A stretch of DNA of 64,000 bases, from NCBI GenBank assembly GCA_000708835.1, contig DF237092.1, positions 85,365 to 149,364 on the forward strand, given 5' to 3'. Both the position numbers and the translations under genes were made by a program. The number at the start of each line of letters is the position of its first letter. Within the stretch, counting starts at the first letter, position 1. Positions 13,501-24,568 of the stretch are shown piece by piece. The notes under the pieces were generated by a model that made no database searches, was not told where the DNA came from, and saw only the letters and a program-made list of their open reading frames with translations. This DNA is from Klebsormidium nitens. Taxonomy: Eukaryota > Plantae > Klebsormidiophyceae.

Positions 13501-16500
13501 TTATGGTCTGCTCTTGTTTTGGAGAACGATCTGTGATGACTGCCTATCAAGTGGCTGTAATGTGCTTATCCTTTTGGGGTGTGTCTGGACACTGCCCAAG
13601 GATATCCGCTCCGTGCTGACGCTCTTCTCAAACTTTTGTCTCAAGCTAGATTGTGGTGTGTGCTGGTGACGAACAGGTTGTGATGCCTAAGCTTTCCGGG
13701 GCGTGTCTGGACACTGCCTCACAAAGTCTTCGTATGGAGCTGATGCCCGTCTCAAACTCTGAGTCTCAAGCCAGGTTGCGGTATGTGCTGGTCACGCACA
13801 GGCTGTGATGTGCTTATTTTGGGGCGTGTCTGGACACTGCCTCACAATGAATCCCTGCTGCACTGATGCTCCTCGCAGAATCGTTTCAAGCCGGATTGTG
13901 GTGTCTGCTGGTCTTGAACAGGCTGTGATGTGCTTCCCTGTCTGGGGCGTATTTGGACACCGCCTCAGAAGTTCCTTGAACTGGACGTGCTGACGCTCTT
14001 CTTAGACTCTTGTCTCAAGCCGGAATGTGGTGTGAAGCCGGAACGTGGTGTGTGCTGGTGACGAACAGGCTGTGATGCGCTTTTTTTTCTGGGGCGTGTA
14101 CGGAGAGCCTTCAGATGCACCTTGAGCGAACGTGCTGACGCTTTTCTTAGACTCTTGTCTCAAGCCGGAATGTGGTGTGAAGTCGGAACGCGTTGGATGC
14201 TGGTGACGAACAGGCTGTGATGCGCTAGTCTTCGTGGGGCGTGTCCGGACACCGCCTCAGAGGTGATTCGCGAGCGCTGAAGCTTCTTCGCAAATGATTG
14301 TCTCGAGCCAGATGTAGGATGTTATTGGACATTGCGGACAAGAAGGGAGGATGCGTGTATATTTTGGGGCCTATTTGAGAACCCCAATTGTAGGGTTGGA
14401 AGAACGCTGATCCTGTTTTGTTGTTTTTTTTCGGTTCGACTGTCTAATCTCTGTCCAGAATCGAAGCAAGGAAAGGTCATTAGCAGGTCAAAAGACGCCT
14501 TAAGTGGGCCAGATTGCCATGCCGACGTGCTTTCCTGGTTTGACTTCCATCAGACGGCGTGCTCCTTTACAAGCCAACGTCAATGAGCAATCACATTCCG
14601 ACCCTAACGTTAAAAAACAGATTTGGAAAGATTTGAAGGGGATTCTTCGAAGGGATATCCAAACGCGCAAGAAAAGCTTACAATAAGCTTGACCACATAT
14701 TGCGGAATAGTCGAGCTTAATCGCGCTCGAGCGGCCCCAGTGTAAACAAAACAAAATCTTCCTTGCCAGCCCCGGTGTTCTCAGAGATTCCTTGAGGGTA
14801 CCTGAAACAGCGATGATACCCTGGTGAAAGCCGACGTGGGGCGCTGCTTATCTTGCGTCCCATGGTCGGTCCGTTCCCTCGGACGCTATATTCCCGTGCT
14901 CTCTTCGAGATTCAAGAGCAGATGTTCAGTTGACTAAAAAGGGTGCGCGCTCCTAGGTGTTGCGCGTTACTTGCTGCTGTTGCAGCTCTTCCCGTAAGTT
15001 GCGTAGGTTGGGATTGAAACTCTCCAAAGCGACACCATGCTGGGAATCTGTAAGGTCTATTTGTTGCCAGATTGTTGCACGCTTTACTTTAGCGCTTATT
15101 TGTTGGTTATTTTAACAGCGCTTTGGGCTGGTCTTGTCGTGGCTCCCCCTGTGCCATCAACGAAGCCGGTGGGAAGCGCGCAATCTCATTCGCACCACCT
15201 TTGAAAAACCTGGTCCTCTTATCCTTTTTCGGAGTCTGGAGCAAGGACCGTGACGCACTTCTAGGGCATCCCGTTGCATGTGCCCCTAAAACAAGATACT
15301 CGTTGCCTGATATGCTGCTTTGTTCGGACGCTATGGCGCAGACCACCCAGCTTGCAGCGGCAGTGATGCTAGATGAACGTGGGAGTGCAATCAAACCATT
15401 CCCCACACGAGGTGTGGTTGGATTGATGCCGTGCTATCCTTTTCTTGTTAGCTTGACAATCCTTCGCCTGGAATGCATCTTCGCTAAATGCTGAGAAGTG
15501 TTATCTTTGGTTGACTCGGTTTTGGTCCATTCTGCCGTCCATACGCCAAGTTGGTCTTTTCTGATTGCGACCTGGACGACGATGTTGATTTGTCCAAGGT
15601 GCTTGTCTGTGCTGTTATTCTTTTTCTGCCATGCGTTCCAATTGGTGCAGCTTACCCATGCTTGAGACCTGATTTTAGACCTTATTCAGTTGCTTGGGTG
15701 CACTCCCAGTTCGTAGATGCACAAGCCGGACGCAATATGTGTTCGCTCGAGAAGACCTCTTGCACGGGTTTCGAAAGTCATGAAGCTTGTTGCTGCAAGT
15801 GTTCAATATGAATCTTGCGCTTCTCACTGCTTTTGCTGCTTGAGGTACGGCTTGCAAGCCATGTGGACCAAATTAGAATCGGTCAATTGGCTTTCCGCAA
15901 AAAATGACCGTTTAGTTGAGTTCTCAGAGATGGCGAGGATGCGGCAAAGGATGAGGTCCTTAGCCTTATCCTGATCTGTCAATGTTGATGCCCTCTCAAG
16001 CTTCATCGAGAAAATGTGACTAATTGGTGTCCTTTAAGTGGGTTTCTGTATGGCATCCAGCATGTTTGTTTGTCAAATCATTAAAGGCGTTTATAGAAGA
16101 CCTAAAAGGGCCTCTCTAAGCAAATTGCTGAGAAAACGAGGATGGAGTGTGTCCCCATTATATGAAGGGATCTGGGTCTGTTGGACATACGGACGTCAAT
16201 CAGGTACTGATAGCCTCGGAGTCGGGCCCAGGCGGACTCTTCTTTCGTATTCAGTGGCAGTGATGCTTGGTGATGATGAGAGGGATCCCAATCGAATCCG
16301 CTCAACTCCCGTCGGCAACTTGAAGCCACAGAACAGCCGCGCGTGGTTTGCAATGGGTAGCCCGATGCTTCGTCATTCCGGACGCAGCAGTTTGCTGCCA
16401 GATTTGTGAAGGAGTGGTCATTCCCAGAGTCGCCCGGCGTGTCTTCTCAGTGGAGGAAAGTGTTTGCTGGGGCTGCATTGGTCTAACTTAAATCACTTGA

Positions 16501-19500
16501 CGAGAAGAAAGCATGGGGCTTCATGCCACGGTTTATCGAACGGCGTGTCTCTGCGGATATTCTCCATAGATAGAATAATGTCTGCTTGTGGGTTTAAAAA
16601 GCTGCGGCAGCTCCCAAAGCGCCCTTGGTAGAGGCCTTTGTCGCAGATCGTCCTCTTCGGTCGTGCCTGTCCCTTTACTGGAAGAGGGGCCTGACGAAGG
16701 TCGTCGCCAAACCTTCATTTCAAGAATCTGAGGAGTCGGTTGGCATGATCACAACGGTTCTCAAGAAGAGCGAGTGGAGATGTTGGAATGTTCATCGCCT
16801 TTTGGGCATGGTGCCCAGACTTCCCGTTGCTTTCTCATTTTCCAGACCGACTGCTGGTGTGCTGACTCGCTCGACTGCTTCGAATCAGCAGCATCTGTCA
16901 ACGAAATGTGAACTTGCTTGTTCAATCGGCGGACACAAACTGTACGGTACGTTTCGCGCATTTTGCCCACCGCGTAGTCCATCATGTGAAAGAGGATAAT
17001 CGAGTCGTGTTCGTGGCGTTTGGCATGCTCCAATCAGAACCCCCTTGACACGAACTGAATTTTCTTTTCACGTTCTGCTTACATTATACTGAGAGTGATA
17101 AGTCTCAAAGAGGTCAACGGTGTTCTCATATTCCCGGAACAAGCCGGAATGTGGTTTGTTCTGGTCGTGAACAAGCTGTGATGCGCTTGTCTTTTCGAGG
17201 CGTGTCTGGACACTGCCTCAATGGCACGTGCCTTGTAAGTGCTGACGCTCGTTTCTCAAGCTTGTAAAAGAAGGACGGACGTATCTTGATGCCCGAAGTA
17301 GAAGTCTCTCAGCAGCGAGGCGGTTTTCCAACCGACGCTTCATGCTTCGTTATTTCTGCGAAGGCTGACATTACTGGGGGTCGTGGAATAACAATGGCAG
17401 TAGTCAAGGGGATCGATATGCAGCTCAACTTACGAAACATCGGTATTCTTTTAAGAGAGAGATTATTATGGCAGAAGCAGTGCGCTCTTATGCTTATCAA
17501 AGAGATCTATTGTCTGCCTACGGATGTGTTGCTAAGAGCACTCGCATGATCCCTTTGCGAGAGCATATGCAGCAGCTTTTCTTCCAGCCCTTCGCTGTGC
17601 TGATGTCAGGCATCATCGGTTCTTGTGGCACGTGCCCAACGGCTTCGTCTCTTGACTGCACTCCGGTCTGGTCTTGTCGAAACTTCACCCGCATTACGAC
17701 ACTCACCCGCTTCAAAGACGAACCCATGCAAGCAATCGCAACTCGGACTCCTTTGTACGGTTCACTGCCCTCACATTTTACAGAAATGACCAGTAGAACA
17801 TGCGAAGCTCTTACTTGGGCCGTGTATTGCACCTCACGTCGAAAGTAACTTGTCTTCCTTTATGCTTCTTTTGTTTTATCGGAGATGTTATGGTGCATCT
17901 CGCTGGTTCAGGCTACCAAATTTGCAGCGGCTGTGATGCTAGTGGAACTGGGGCGCGCACTTAGGTTTTCCCCACAGATGGTTTGGTCCAAACGCTTGAT
18001 GCCAACGCCCGCTTTCTGGTTAAGCTTCAATAGTTTGTTGCTTGATGCAAAGAGAGTGTCTATTCAAGGCGCTGCAACAAATCACGGCCAGAATCGGTTT
18101 TTCTGCTGAATGCAAGGCTCAGTGGGTGAAGTGCTTGATTGATGTTCTGTTGCAATCAGTATCTTTTCTTGGTCTGCAATGAGTTGGGGCAAGTTTGATT
18201 TAGCCAAACGGCCAAGGACGTGCGCGCAGCTGAAGGGCTTCCTTGAGCTTTGTGTATTTTCCGTGTCACTGACTGGCTGGTGCATATGGCCTGCTGTAGA
18301 CTCCCCTATTTTTAACCGCGCTATTCGCCGGTTGGATTTGCTGAGACCTCAGTGCTTGTCATCTTTTGTTGTGCTCGCATCTTCACTGACAGAAGAAGGG
18401 GCCCAACTCGCTGGTGTTGCCAACCTATGGTGTTGCCAACCTATGCAGTTCAGTCGGTTCCGACTCACCAGCAAGGCGGTAGCCAACAGAAGTGCTGGAG
18501 ACGTTGAGAATCGCTACATCCCCTTCAGGCGTGGTGCCTGCAATATGCGTTGCTATTTTCATGGAAAGGACCCCCGGTGCTGACGTGCTTGACCGCTCAA
18601 AGCAGCGGCATTTCTGGACAGCTCTTGTGTGTGGCTGTTACGACGGCGGATTCGGAAGGGACCTTCGTTCACCTTCCGCACCATCCCGTGAAAGGATAGG
18701 AGTTGTCGAGCTTTACAGCACTTAGCTCTTTCACCGAAAGCTTCTCCTAGAAGTGGCAGCCGAAACGAACTGGATTCTGTCGCAACGTTCTTCATATATG
18801 AATGGAGAGTCATAATTTCTGCAGAGGTGAACGGTGTTGCTTTTGTTGTAGAGATTGTGAATGCCGTGACTGCTAGTTGCCGAAAAGGCTGTGATTCGCT
18901 TTTGTTCCTGGGGCGTCTCTGGACACTGCCTCAAAGCAACCCGCTTGTGCTGATGCTCTTCCCGGGCTCTTGTCTCAAATCGTATTATGGTGACTGCTGG
19001 TCTCAGGAGAGGCTGTGATGCGCTTGGCTGTCTGGGGCATCTCTGGTTACTGCCTCAAATGCGCCTGGTGAAGAGCTGACGCTCCTTCGAATGCTTGTCG
19101 CGAGTCCGGGTAGCATGCAAGGTTCCGTTCTATCGCCCACGACAGGTAAAAGTTTCTGAGCAACGGGGCTCTTTCCAAGTCGACGCTTCATGCTATATTG
19201 GTCCAGCAAAGGCCGGCACTGCTAAGGAATACGTGGAGCGATGAGTGCACCAGCCAAGAGATACTGTTGTCGTCAGTCAGGCTATTAAGCGCAAATGCGC
19301 CTTCACTTTCCAGTGGCCGCTTCTTTTATATGAACAGAAAAGGTGGATCATTTGCGATCATTCGTCGAAGACAAGGGCTTGAAAAAGCTTCCGGTACACC
19401 CTCTAGAGTCACCGATTATCGTTCAGCCGGCGTTATCCGCGTGGTTCGTCTTCCTACTTTGTACTTCGTAAGGATGAGGTTGTTTCGTGGGAGCAAGGAT

Positions 19501-22500
19501 GTAGAGTGTACAGCGACCATTTCGATGGGGCCTCGAAAGACCGCCGCCTCAGTAGATGGTCCTTGTTTGATGCTGCCATTGTCTCCGCTGCGGTTTGCCT
19601 TCTTAGCAGCGATTTCCGCTGCGGGTGATTGAAGTACCTTGTCAATCGAAAAGGTCCGTCTCGAGTTGGCGGTTCGCACTGTTTGCTTTTACCTTCCACT
19701 TCCTGTCAACGACGAACTGACATTTCTGGGGCATTTTGAGGCTGCTTTGGACGTGTTGGGGATCTGAGGCCTGGCAATCTGCTGAACACTCTATGTCCTG
19801 CCGTGCCCCCATCTGCTGTAGTTTGTTCGCAAGCTCCGGTCGCAGCCTAAGCTTGTCAACGTAAAGCACGGTATCTTGATTGCGTTGATAAAACGACCAT
19901 ATGTTCGTGTGTGGCGGTGATGTGCCTGCAGAAGCGAGCAGTGTTGATGTATGCTCAATCCTGACTTGTGGAAGCGACAACTGATGCCAATCTCCCACTA
20001 AAAGGATTGTAAAGTCCTTCGAGTGGGCTGGTCTTGACAGGGGGTCAAGCGTTTCTGCGAGAGAAACAAAGCAGTGAGGAGGCGTTTACTTTGACAGATT
20101 TCGAATACGCTCGAACTTGCGGTGGCTTAGATGCGTTTCTCTCATTTGGTCTCCCCTTCTCTTCATGAATAGAACCCGGCTTTCTCTTCATAGATCAAAT
20201 GCATCTGATGTTTTCTCCTTATTTTTTCTATGATCCGTTAGGGGATTCTTAGGTTCCGCTTGATCGAGCCTCTGACGACTACCGTCACGCTTCCATTCTT
20301 TGTTCTCCTGCTCGTGTGCACTGTACAATGCTGCTAGAGCCCGAAAACGAAGTCGCCTGCTCCGATTGTCCAAGTCCGAGCGTGAAAAGTGACCCGCAGC
20401 GAGTCTGCCCAATTTTGACAAGGCAGTGATGCGCGTTTGTGGCTGAGGCTCTTTCCTCAACCAACCAGGACTTGCTGACGCTGTCTTATGCTTTTTGGAA
20501 GTAGTAGCGCCTCGACTTGACTCGGTCGATTGCTTTGCTTCGAACAGAGTCGCCTGAAATCAATCATACGAATACCGAATGGCAGCATGATCCGCTATTC
20601 ACTCCTTAACGTCTGAGATGAAAGCGCACACACTCGCTACGTTCCAACCCTTGGCGTTTTCAAGCAACTTTCGGCCGCCTGATTTGGTGAATACGTGAGT
20701 GTCAATCTGGAAACGGTCGTTGAGAATTGCATGTCCTGCAATACACTTCTGAGTCTCTTCCTACATTCTGTCCCTATCAACCTCTTTCTTTGAAAGTACC
20801 AGTGGCTTCGAATGTCCTGTAAGGAAAAAATCTTCCTGTTCTCAACCCTGCCAGAATCAAATGCCAAAACCCGTTCTCCTCTCTCCAGGACCCAAACGGC
20901 CGCCCTCTCCGCTGCGTTCAACGGCTCACTATTCACCGTCGATGTTGCTGGCAACCTCTGGCTGCGGGAGCGCATCTCGGGGGGGTGGAACTGGCAGGAC
21001 GTCAGCCCCCCCAACGGGTCCGAAGTCAGGGGCGCTTTTCCGGTCGACTGGCCACCTGCGGCGAATAAGAACAAGGAACAGCCGGAGGCGCCGCTGTACT
21101 TTGTCAGCGAAACCGGCAACCTTATGGAGTTTGAGGTGAGCTGATTCAAATCCAATACCTCCTTTTTGGTGACCGGTAGAGAGCGCCGGTCTTAGGGCAG
21201 TGCTTATTGCCGGTTGAATTCCTCAAGAGTCGAAAAGCGCAGAGCTTGACTTGTGCTAGGTTAAGATGACTGGAAGTTCGTTGGTGGGTGAGGGGCACAG
21301 ATGTGTGTGCTTAGTCGAAGCCTTCCAACTCAGATGTGTTGCATTGCTGGGGACGCTTCACGTGTCTGCAATCGAGACGCCGTGAGCTTGTGCCCGGTGC
21401 AGAGCAAGCACCCAGGTGTTCCTGGTCTGGCGCCCTATTAAACCTCAGAAGAACCGAGGGTATTGGGGAACGCTCTCCGGACTCGTTGCAGACTTCTCGT
21501 ATTTCTGGACGGATGGGGCGCCTCAAGAACAAAGCAAAACATAATAGCGAAATATCGCGCCCTTAAAGACAAAAGCTCTCAACGCAGAAGCATAAAGGAG
21601 AAAGGTAAGAAACTCACTGTTTGGAACCAGCAGAGGACTGAGTCGCTCCCGCTTCTGCAGCTCGACGAGGGGGGGCCGCGTTGGCACGACGTGGGCACAC
21701 CCTGGGCCGGAGTCTCCGTTGCCGGTATCGCAGACCACGGGAATCTGCGGGTCCGGAGCGTGTTTTGCGTTGGCACCGATGCTCGGATTTACCAGGTAAG
21801 CTTGCAGCGGTTCGCTCTTGATCCAGCCTATGATTCCCCTCAAGGTTACCGAAGCAGATGCTTGAAGCCGTGTCTCTGTGACTCCGTGTAATTGCTTAAG
21901 ACACAAAAGTTGGCGGGATGCTGGGGCTCAGGATGCTAGACTCAGGTGCCGTTACTGCTGGCAGATTCTACATACAAGGCTCTTGGTTTCCATATTGCGA
22001 GTGCAAGTCCGATTGTTCTGAGCTCGGTCCGCAGAACCCCCTCAAAATGCGCACTATATGGAGATCCCGAGCGCTTTTCTGTTGTTGTCACAGTCGCAAG
22101 ACGGCATCGAAGTTCTTGGGGAAAAGACGTCGCGACGTCGGTGCATGTGCCCTCACGCACTGGATGCAAAACCGAATGCTTTTCTTGCTGCCTCCAACTG
22201 CGTCTCATCTACGTCACTCTTCTATTCTGCCAGCCCTCGCACCTCCCTGCTTTGCTGGTTATAACCCAAGTCTGGAACATCGCGAGTGTCAAAACTCCCA
22301 GCACTTTCTGGCCCTGTGAATGGACCAATCGTCCTTTCCCCCGCAGCTCAACCCGGTGGTTCAAAGGTGGCTCTTCTTCCCCTAGCCCTCGTACGGCCTG
22401 CTTGGCTAGATTATCATTCGACTTCGGAACACCTGAAAACTAAGGTAACAACGCTTTTCGGCCCTGATCAACAAGACCGACCCTGCTAACGAAACCGATT

Positions 22501-24568
22501 GTGTTTCTGCACTTGCAGTTCAACCCGGTCGTTCGCAAGTGGCTCTTCTTCGGCCAACCCTCCTACATCCAGCTCGCCCCCCAGCCCGGCGCCGTTCTCC
22601 GTCCCCCGGGCACCACCAAGGGCTCCCTTTTCCTGCGCTCGGAGAACCGGGGACTCGTCGAAATCCTCTGGGGGGGTACCGCGTGGAGCTGGAACGAGCA
22701 TGGGCAGATTCCGGGGCGGGCGGTATTGGTTGCGGCGCCGGTCGGGCCGGCGGTTGCCCTTCCGGGGGGGGGCGTCTCGATACTGGTTGTGGGCTCCAAT
22801 GGGGAGGTGTACGAGCGGCGGAAAGTTGATGAGGTGAGTTTCCGTATTTCCTTTCTTTTGAGGGTTTTGTGCTTGGTTGATATCACATGCCAGGGCTTTA
22901 CTATTAGCTTCAGCACTGTTGTTAAGCACGTGTGAGATAACTCTTTCTCGCCGGAAAAAGGCCTGCTGAAGGGGTTGCCGGAAACTAGATTCCGAGTATG
23001 CAAGCTTTCTTAGACTCCTATGTTTCTACCCACGATGGTAAGCAGTCGAATTCTGGCGAAAGTTTTCGAGTTGCTGTGATGCCTCACGTCATGTTTCTGG
23101 GTAACCAAAGACCACTCTTCCCTTCCGAAGCGGACGAAACAAGGATGGTTGCTCGTCTTTCGAGAGTTCGACATTGCACCTTTTTGGCTTAAAATGTGGA
23201 GGATTGTCAACGCAACCCTAATCTTGCAAACGCAAACACGATCATGGGATGATGTTTCTTCGATTTCCTCGACCTATAGGGTGCTTCAAGAATCGGACGA
23301 CCGTACTTTCTGATGCTCACTTTCCGCGACGGTCCAGTATTGGACGTGCGCTGCTAATCAGAAGCATGCTACATCTCTCAGCTTGACTGCATTGACCTGG
23401 TTTTGCAAGGATTAAGGAAGGGACACTGCAGACGTGCAAATAAGCTGAACTCTACAAATTGTACAAGAGAATTTCCAGGTTGCGCCAAGGCCCACTTTTT
23501 CCGTTCTGCTCCTGCAGGGCTGGTCGTGGATTAGCCACGGTTACCCGAACGTGGCTAATCTGCCCGCCGACTCCGGCTGGCTGACCGCTTTCCAACGACG
23601 GGACACCGGTTCGTCAAAGTCCGTTGCGCGAACAAACGGAGCGGCGGACCCACTTCTTGACCCCGTATGTAACCCAACGGTAAGCCCAATGCTGGCAGAT
23701 AATTTTTATTAGACCTGTTGGTTACTAGCTCGATGTAGAGTACGGGAGGGAAAATCGTAAAGGTCCCGCTACTTTGCAAGTTGCTATAACACAGTAGGAT
23801 CCCCATTCCGGAGATGTCTGAACATCTTGCCAGCACCTTAGAAGCTGCTTGTACGCTTTTGCCTGTCGCTTTCTCGGTCCAATGCGCCGAACCTTCGTGC
23901 AGACTCGCAAGAGTTGCACGTGCCAACAGCAGCCAGCGGAATAAATGAAAGCGCTGCACACGTCCTTATACCAAGTCCAGTCAGAAATATTTAAGTTCAA
24001 AGCAATTTCAAAACTTTTTATCCAGCCTTTGACTACTCTTTTCATCGCAGGTCGCGCCATCCCGGCCCCTTTCCGTGAGCCCCACGTCCGCCGTCTACCT
24101 TCTCAGGGATGGAAGGGTGAGGAAAACCCCATCGTGTCTGTCTCCGTTACTCTTTTCTTGCGCCTCTACTTCTGCCAACCCGCAGAGCGCTCGCTCGCTT
24201 GCTTCAGCAGTCTGTTCGCTTCGACTTCCACTGCCTGAACCTAAAACTGCTGCCGGTCGGCTTCTTGATTCGCCAATCATGCTGTTCGTCAATAATGGTT
24301 CGGCTTAAACAGTAGAGAAGTTTGAAGAAGCCTGCACCCTGTCCCGTCTAGGACATCCCAACCTGTACTTTGGCTTCTTTGCAACAGTTCTGTCGATTTG
24401 TCGTGATTCGCTTTTTGAAAGAAGGGATCAGCTGTCTCCATCTAACGGGCCTTTTCGGCTTTGTTGCAGTTGGCCGAACTTCGATTGAACCGGGACTCGT
24501 GGGTCTGGGTTGCTGTAGTAACAACGCCCTTTTCGACCTGCCCCGACCAAGCTCGAGAGAAAAGATAA
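7532..24568 (+). CDS. 3' part of an uncharacterised Trp-rich, beta-propeller-like repeat protein (resembles the plant At3g26750-like family from memory, unverified); 5' exons lie upstream of the window
   Basis: GT-AG exons with continuous phase: 7532-7747, 8448-8905, 9369-9587, 20889-21135, 21661-21795, 22519-22833, 23518-23664, 24051-24116, 24470-24568 (TAA). Repeated propeller-like blades, e.g. VYLVGKDGRIAEKRWKNGAWSW, LFTVDVAGNLWLRERISGGWNWQDV, LFLRSENRGLVEILWGGTAWSWNEHG, VYLLRDGR|LAELRLNRDSWVW. About 630 aa visible. No upstream exon recognised in 1-7500. Confidence 0.8.
13550..14310 (+). repeat. Tandem array of 6 units of 120-147 bp, each carrying the C/D-like stem-loop motifs
   Basis: Unit starts GG(C/T)TGT(G/A)ATG at 13553, 13677, 13801, 13921, 14068, 14213. 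Each contains GGGG(C/T)GTGTCTGGACAC(T/C)GCC-like, CTGA(C/T/A)GC and TCAAGC(C/T)(G/A)G-like segments. Confidence 0.9.
15927..15997 (+). ncRNA. Candidate K-turn-like stem-loop element (AGGA variant)
   Basis: GAGATGGC-G-AGGATG...TTGA-T-GCCCTCTC; internal 9-bp hairpin AGGATGAGG/CCTTATCCT. Confidence 0.35.
16254..16329 (+). ncRNA. Candidate K-turn/C-D-like stem-loop element
   Basis: GTGGC-A-GTGATG...TTGA-A-GCCAC: perfect 5-bp terminal stem. Confidence 0.38.
17140..17262 (+). repeat. Dispersed single copy of the 120-147-bp array unit
   Basis: caagccggaatgtgg...gaacaagctgtgatgcgctt...gaggcgtgtctggacactgcctca...gtgctgacgctc matches the 13550-14310 units. Confidence 0.85.
18884..19100 (+). repeat. 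Two further tandem copies of the array unit
   Basis: ggctgtgatt..ggggcgtctctggacactgcctc..gtgctgatgctc (18887) and ggctgtgatg..ggggcatctctggttactgcctc..gagctgacgctc (19011), period 124. Confidence 0.85.

Larger units (their letters stand above)
10915..18330 (+). repeat. Diverged ~1.2-kb intronic repeat: copies ~10915-12250 and ~14815-16030, partial copy ~17880-18330
   Basis: Shared anchors: aagccgacgtggggcg (10926/14829); gtgatgctagatgaacgtggg (11350/15363) with variant gtgatgctagtggaactgggg (17933); aggatgcggca (11944/15936); cactgactggctggtgc (12897/18267). Confidence 0.7.

Noticed and set aside
13550-14310. CRISPR-like array
   Set aside because: Eukaryotic context, no cas genes, units are homologous along their whole length with no unique spacers, and unit length is 120-147 bp.
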